The notes under the pieces were generated by a model that worked only from the letters and a program-made list of their open reading frames with translations, was not told where the DNA came from and did not search any database. A stretch of 64,000 nt of DNA from Squalus acanthias (taxonomy: Eukaryota), in contig CM059432.1 in NCBI GenBank assembly GCA_030390025.1, forward strand, positions 28,894,001-28,958,000. The letters run 5' to 3'. Positions 60,026 through 64,000 of the stretch are shown piece by piece. Positions within the stretch are counted from its first letter, which is position 1. The number at the start of each line of letters is the position of its first letter. Position numbers and translations under genes: made by a program.

Positions 60026-60521
60026 TAATTCTATTTCCAGCAACAGAAGTGAAGTCCACAGGGGTGTTCCAAGCTAGTTTCATGTCCTGGGACACACATT
60101 AAAAGAATCTGTTGCAGAAGGTAAGTAGTCTCCCTGCAAAGGGAATGATTTCTTTTGCTTATGTTGGTCTTACACTGAACCTGCCGGCTATGCTGCAAAT
60201 AGCTGACCAACCGCTCATTTCCCTAACAACCCGCCAACTAGCGGGCACCCCAGCTAGGCCGATACTCGTGCAGGCACTCACCAACAATGTGTAAGCAGCC
60301 TGAGCTCAGAAAATCTGATGGGGTCAGACGCTTTATTCTGGGGTGCAACGGAATTCATGTACCACCATTGTTAGTGTCTCAGTGTTAAATCCTATACATT
60401 TACAGTAATATTAATAATCGCAATATTAACTCATTACATGCTGGGTGTCTCAGTGTTAATTGTGTTAGGTAAAGCGCCTTGGGACTTTTTACTACATTAA
60501 AGGTGCTATATAAATGCAAAT

Positions 60522-61454
60522 GTGAGAAGTCGCACAACACCAGGTTAAAGTCCAACAGCTTTATTTGAAATCACAAGCTTTTGGAGCGCTGCTCCTTCAT
60601 CAGGTGAAGTGAAGAGATGCATATAGGCACAGCATATATAGTCAGAGAACACTGCCAGATGATTACAGTTAATCTTTCTAACTGCCTTTATCACACCTCG
60701 GCAGAGAGATAATCACGGCAATCAAAGGTGTGGATGGTGTCGAAACAGGTCAGTCAGGAAAACATTACATCAAAGACAATGAGGTGGGGTCACAAGGGGT
60801 CAAATGTGGCAGATGCTGGGGTCTGTATGGAAAACAAAAAACTTTTTTTTTGCTGGAAATCACAGCAGGTCCGGCCGCAGCTGTGTAGAGAGAACAAGCC
60901 AACGACGACTCGAGTCTGGATGACTCTACGTCAGGTGGGGTTACATGTAGCGTGACATGAACCCAAGATCCCGGTTGAGGCCGTCCTCATGGGTGCGGAA
61001 CTTGGCTATCAGTTTCTGCTCGACGATTTTGCGTTGTGTGTCTCGAAGGCCGCTTTGGAGAACGCTTACCTGAAGATCGGAGGCTGAATGTCCTTGACTG
61101 CTGAAGTGTTCCCTGACTGGAAGGGAACACTCCTGCCTGGCGATTGTTGTTCATACGTTGTCGCAGTTTCTGCATGGTCTCGCCGATGTACCATGCTCCG
61201 GGGCATCCTTTCCTGCAACGTATGAGGTAGACAACGTTGGCCGAGTCACATGAGTATGTACCATGTACCTGGTGGGTGGTGTCCTCACGTGTGATGATGG
61301 TATCTGTGTTGATGATCTGGCATGTCTTGCCGAGGTTGCCGTGGCAGGGTTGTGTGGTCTCGTGGTCGCTGTTCTCCTGAAAGCTGGGTAATTTGCTGCG
61401 AACGATGGTCTGTTTGAGGTTAGGCGGCTGTTTGAAGGCGAGTAGTGGAGGCCT
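60522..61454 (-). mobile_element. Penelope-like element, 5'-truncated (GIY-YIG endonuclease + terminal repeat)
   Basis: ORF 60987-61472: PLLAFKQPPNLKQTIVRSKL, C-x-S-x-NVVYLIRC, YIGET..LRQRMN; terminal region has a hammerhead core with G12>A (cacCTGATGAAGGAGCagcGCTCCAAAAGCTTgtg, 60571-60608). Confidence 0.9.
60795..60932 (-). mobile_element. 138-bp insert, probably from a second Penelope-like family
   Basis: 13-bp TSD AGGTGGGGT(C/T)ACA; minus strand CTGACGT-A-GAGTC-atcca-GACTC-GAGT is a decayed hammerhead-like core. Confidence 0.6.
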
Positions 61455-62012
61455 CGCTAAGGCCATCCCCACGCCAACAATGGAGAGTACCAGGGAAAGA
61501 GCTCAGAGTGCAGCCCCCACAGTCTCTTCTAAATCGATACAAGGCAGGGCAAATCAAAATGAACCTGCAAAGTGCTGCTCAGTACCCAAAACTCCTTCAC
61601 ACAGCGTTGAATCTCTCCAGAAGTCTCTCTCTCTCTCTCCTCAGAATACGTGGTTCAAAAATGTCACCAACAGTAAAAGGCAGGAAGCAGTCGCCTTTAA
61701 ATATCGCTCCCCCAGTCCCTTCCTGACTGCAAAACGCTCCCCTCAACCTGTCGTTGCTAGCGGCAGGCGGTAAGGCAGGGGGCGCCACTCAATATCCGCT
61801 CCGGGGCGATACCGGGGCGTTGCGCACTCGACTGACGTCACGGTCTGCCGGCGCAGGAGATCGTGGTGGTAGTGTTTAACGCCACCGCAAAATGTCTAGT
61901 TAATTTCGCGAGCGGCGCAAACATCTCCGCGCCCGGGTGCTAGCTGCTTTGCGCCCCATTAGCGCCCTCTTAAGGCGCTAACGGGAGGCGCAACCAACTG
62001 AATTTTTCCCCC
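61455..62012. mobile_element. Right (transposase-side) end of a Harbinger (copy 4 fragment)
   Basis: Same layout as 38700-38985 ((TC)n, CCTTTAAATA, GGCGGTAAGG), continuing to the TIR AATTTTTCCCCC then TTA. Confidence 0.8.
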
Positions 62013-63243
62013 TTACTCTCATAAAAGCAGGCCTTATGCCTGCTTTTACCAGGCGTAAGAATTTCACGGGCACTCGCTGGGCAGAAGTTGGGCAAATAGC
62101 TCAACTCTCCGCCAGCGGATTCCCTTTTCCCGGGGATGTGGCTGATCTGTCAAGAAGATTCTTGACAGATCGCAAGTTCCGGGTTTTCATGCATGCGCTT
62201 CATACGCACCTCGTACGCACCCGTAGGGGCCACAAATGATGGCCCATTGTTGGTGTGGATAATGCATAAATCATTAACTGTGAAAGCATTTGTTCCTATT
62301 AAGAATTCAGAGTGCTGAACACTTCTGAATGCAATATTTTTATTATCATTTTTTATTAATTAACTTTAGTGAAAATCAAGAAACTTTAGGCTTCCTTCTC
62401 AATGACCCAAGCATGGTTCCAAATCTTTCGGTGTTACTTCCACAATACAAGGTAATTAATGAGAGCCTTCTAAACACCACCTCCTTCTGTGTGGAGAGCA
62501 CAGTGATCTTCAACTCGTCGCATTCCCAAGCTGTATGAATTTTAGATGTCAGCGGGTAATAAAGAGATGTTACTCTGCCTTGTGCATCATTAATTATTTA
62601 TGGGGTGTGTTCCGCCCGGCTTTGCTTCTCTCTTCTCAAATCTAAATTGCTAAGGGGACAGTGGGCAAACTGACGGTTAAGGTAGTGATTGTGCATTAGA
62701 GAGCAAAACCATTTGGAGTTTCATCTTCGGGGAGGCAGTTGATAAATGATGTGTAGTGTACAGAAATACTTGCTCACTCTTTCATCTGCTCTGTGTACGA
62801 GGAGAGTAATGGGACAAAGCCAGCCACTTCTCTGAAACCAGCATTTCTTCCCAAAACCATCTGGCCTCTGCCTTAATCTATAATCTTTTTGTTTTCAATT
62901 TTCCCTGCTCCTCTCCTGAAAGTGCAAAGTAATGTTGGGGTAAATTTCTAAGGATGCTAGCAGCCTCCCAGTACCTTGCCCAATGGGCTATTCTTCATGT
63001 GTGAACCTGGGTATTGAACCCCTCCTAATCTTTCCCTTCCAGGCTACGTATCCATTTTCCTTATGACTATTTATGAAGTGCCTTGCAACATGTTATTACA
63101 TTAATGGTCCTACCTAAATGCAAGTTATGTTTTGGCAGCCAGAGAGTGGAAAACAGCGACACAGCTGAGCTTAATCCTGGCCTCCCCTCACTTCCACTTT
63201 CCAGCGGGAGTGGGTGTCAGGGTATAAGAAAGAGAAAGAGCTT

Positions 63244-64000
63244 GGGCTAGAAATTCAGCTCCGTAGTGCCTGGTTTTTCGGTGCTACGGGTGCCATTTTA
63301 TGTCCAAAATGGCATCCGAGCAGCACGCACACACTCTGGGGCGGGCCGTGCCGGACGCCATATTGGTGAGTGCATTAGTGTCGGTGCTGGGAGTGTGCGC
63401 CGTTAGTATGCAGAGTAGGTAGATTGTGATGTCATTTTTGACCTCAACGCCCTCCCTTAACCTCGTACAGCTGAACATGCGTTCAGCAGCAGGAAGGACC
63501 CGACACCAGTGCTCTTTAAAGGGATCATCACCTACTTACAGGTTAGTTGCTGATTTATTTCTACTGGCTGTTGCTGAGTTTGTACAAGTGTTCGGTGCTT
63601 TCTAGACTTCTTTAAAGTTCCCTAAAGTCTACAAGGAGTGGTGTGGCACATGCTCAAGGACTTGATACTGACTTGCACTGGGTCTGACCTGACCAGACCA
63701 GTTGCTCCCAGACATGGGTGAGGTAGTTTGTATTCCCCTTGGCCTGCAGCATGACAGGGAGATTAAGCAGAGGTGACACAGAGCAGAACAAGTTGCTAAA
63801 AGAGGCAGGAGGAGGAGGGGGAGAAGGGCTCTCAGCAGGACGCTATATCCACCCAGAGTCTTCAGGGAGCAGTTCTCCTACGTCAACCTCAGCGACAAAA
63901 GGTGCATGCTATTTTTTCCATTTTACTGAGGAGGTGCTCACAGAAATTTGCCTCCTGCTGCAGGCAGACCTGCAGCCTCAGTCCAGCGTGAGGATGGCAT
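63244..64000 (+). mobile_element. Harbinger (copy 5), decayed transposase 5' part, runs off the window
   Basis: TIR GGGCTAGAAATT; from ~63714 RTLYPPRVFREQFSYVNLSDKRC..FTEEVLTEICLLLQADLQPQ, with a stop and frameshifts. Confidence 0.85.

Overview
Eukaryotic, repeat-dense, essentially non-genic window. The repeat spectrum (CR1 LINEs with microsatellite tails, Deu-domain SINEs, L2 tails, Penelope-like elements, Harbingers) suggests a cartilaginous fish (shark); this is inferred from remembered repeat families, not from a search. I found no recognisable host protein-coding gene. Main contents: (1) a ~4.8 kb strand-asymmetric G-rich minisatellite next to a CpG-island-like region with a probable minus-strand 5' exon; (2) at least five PIF/Harbinger DNA-transposon copies, two of them nearly complete, each with a HARBI1-like DDE transposase converging on a three-exon Myb/SANT gene, plus CpG-rich non-autonomous derivatives; (3) a Penelope-like GIY-YIG fragment and four 140-220 bp Penelope-derived mini-inserts carrying minimal hammerhead-ribozyme cores, two of them fold-back hairpins with 13-bp TSDs; (4) three solo-LTR-like insertions; (5) many nested LINE and SINE fragments and a very old non-LTR RT fossil at the left edge. 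The most interesting items are the hammerhead-bearing hairpin mini-elements, with visible stem covariation, and the Harbinger two-gene system, which can be reconstructed with very few repairs.
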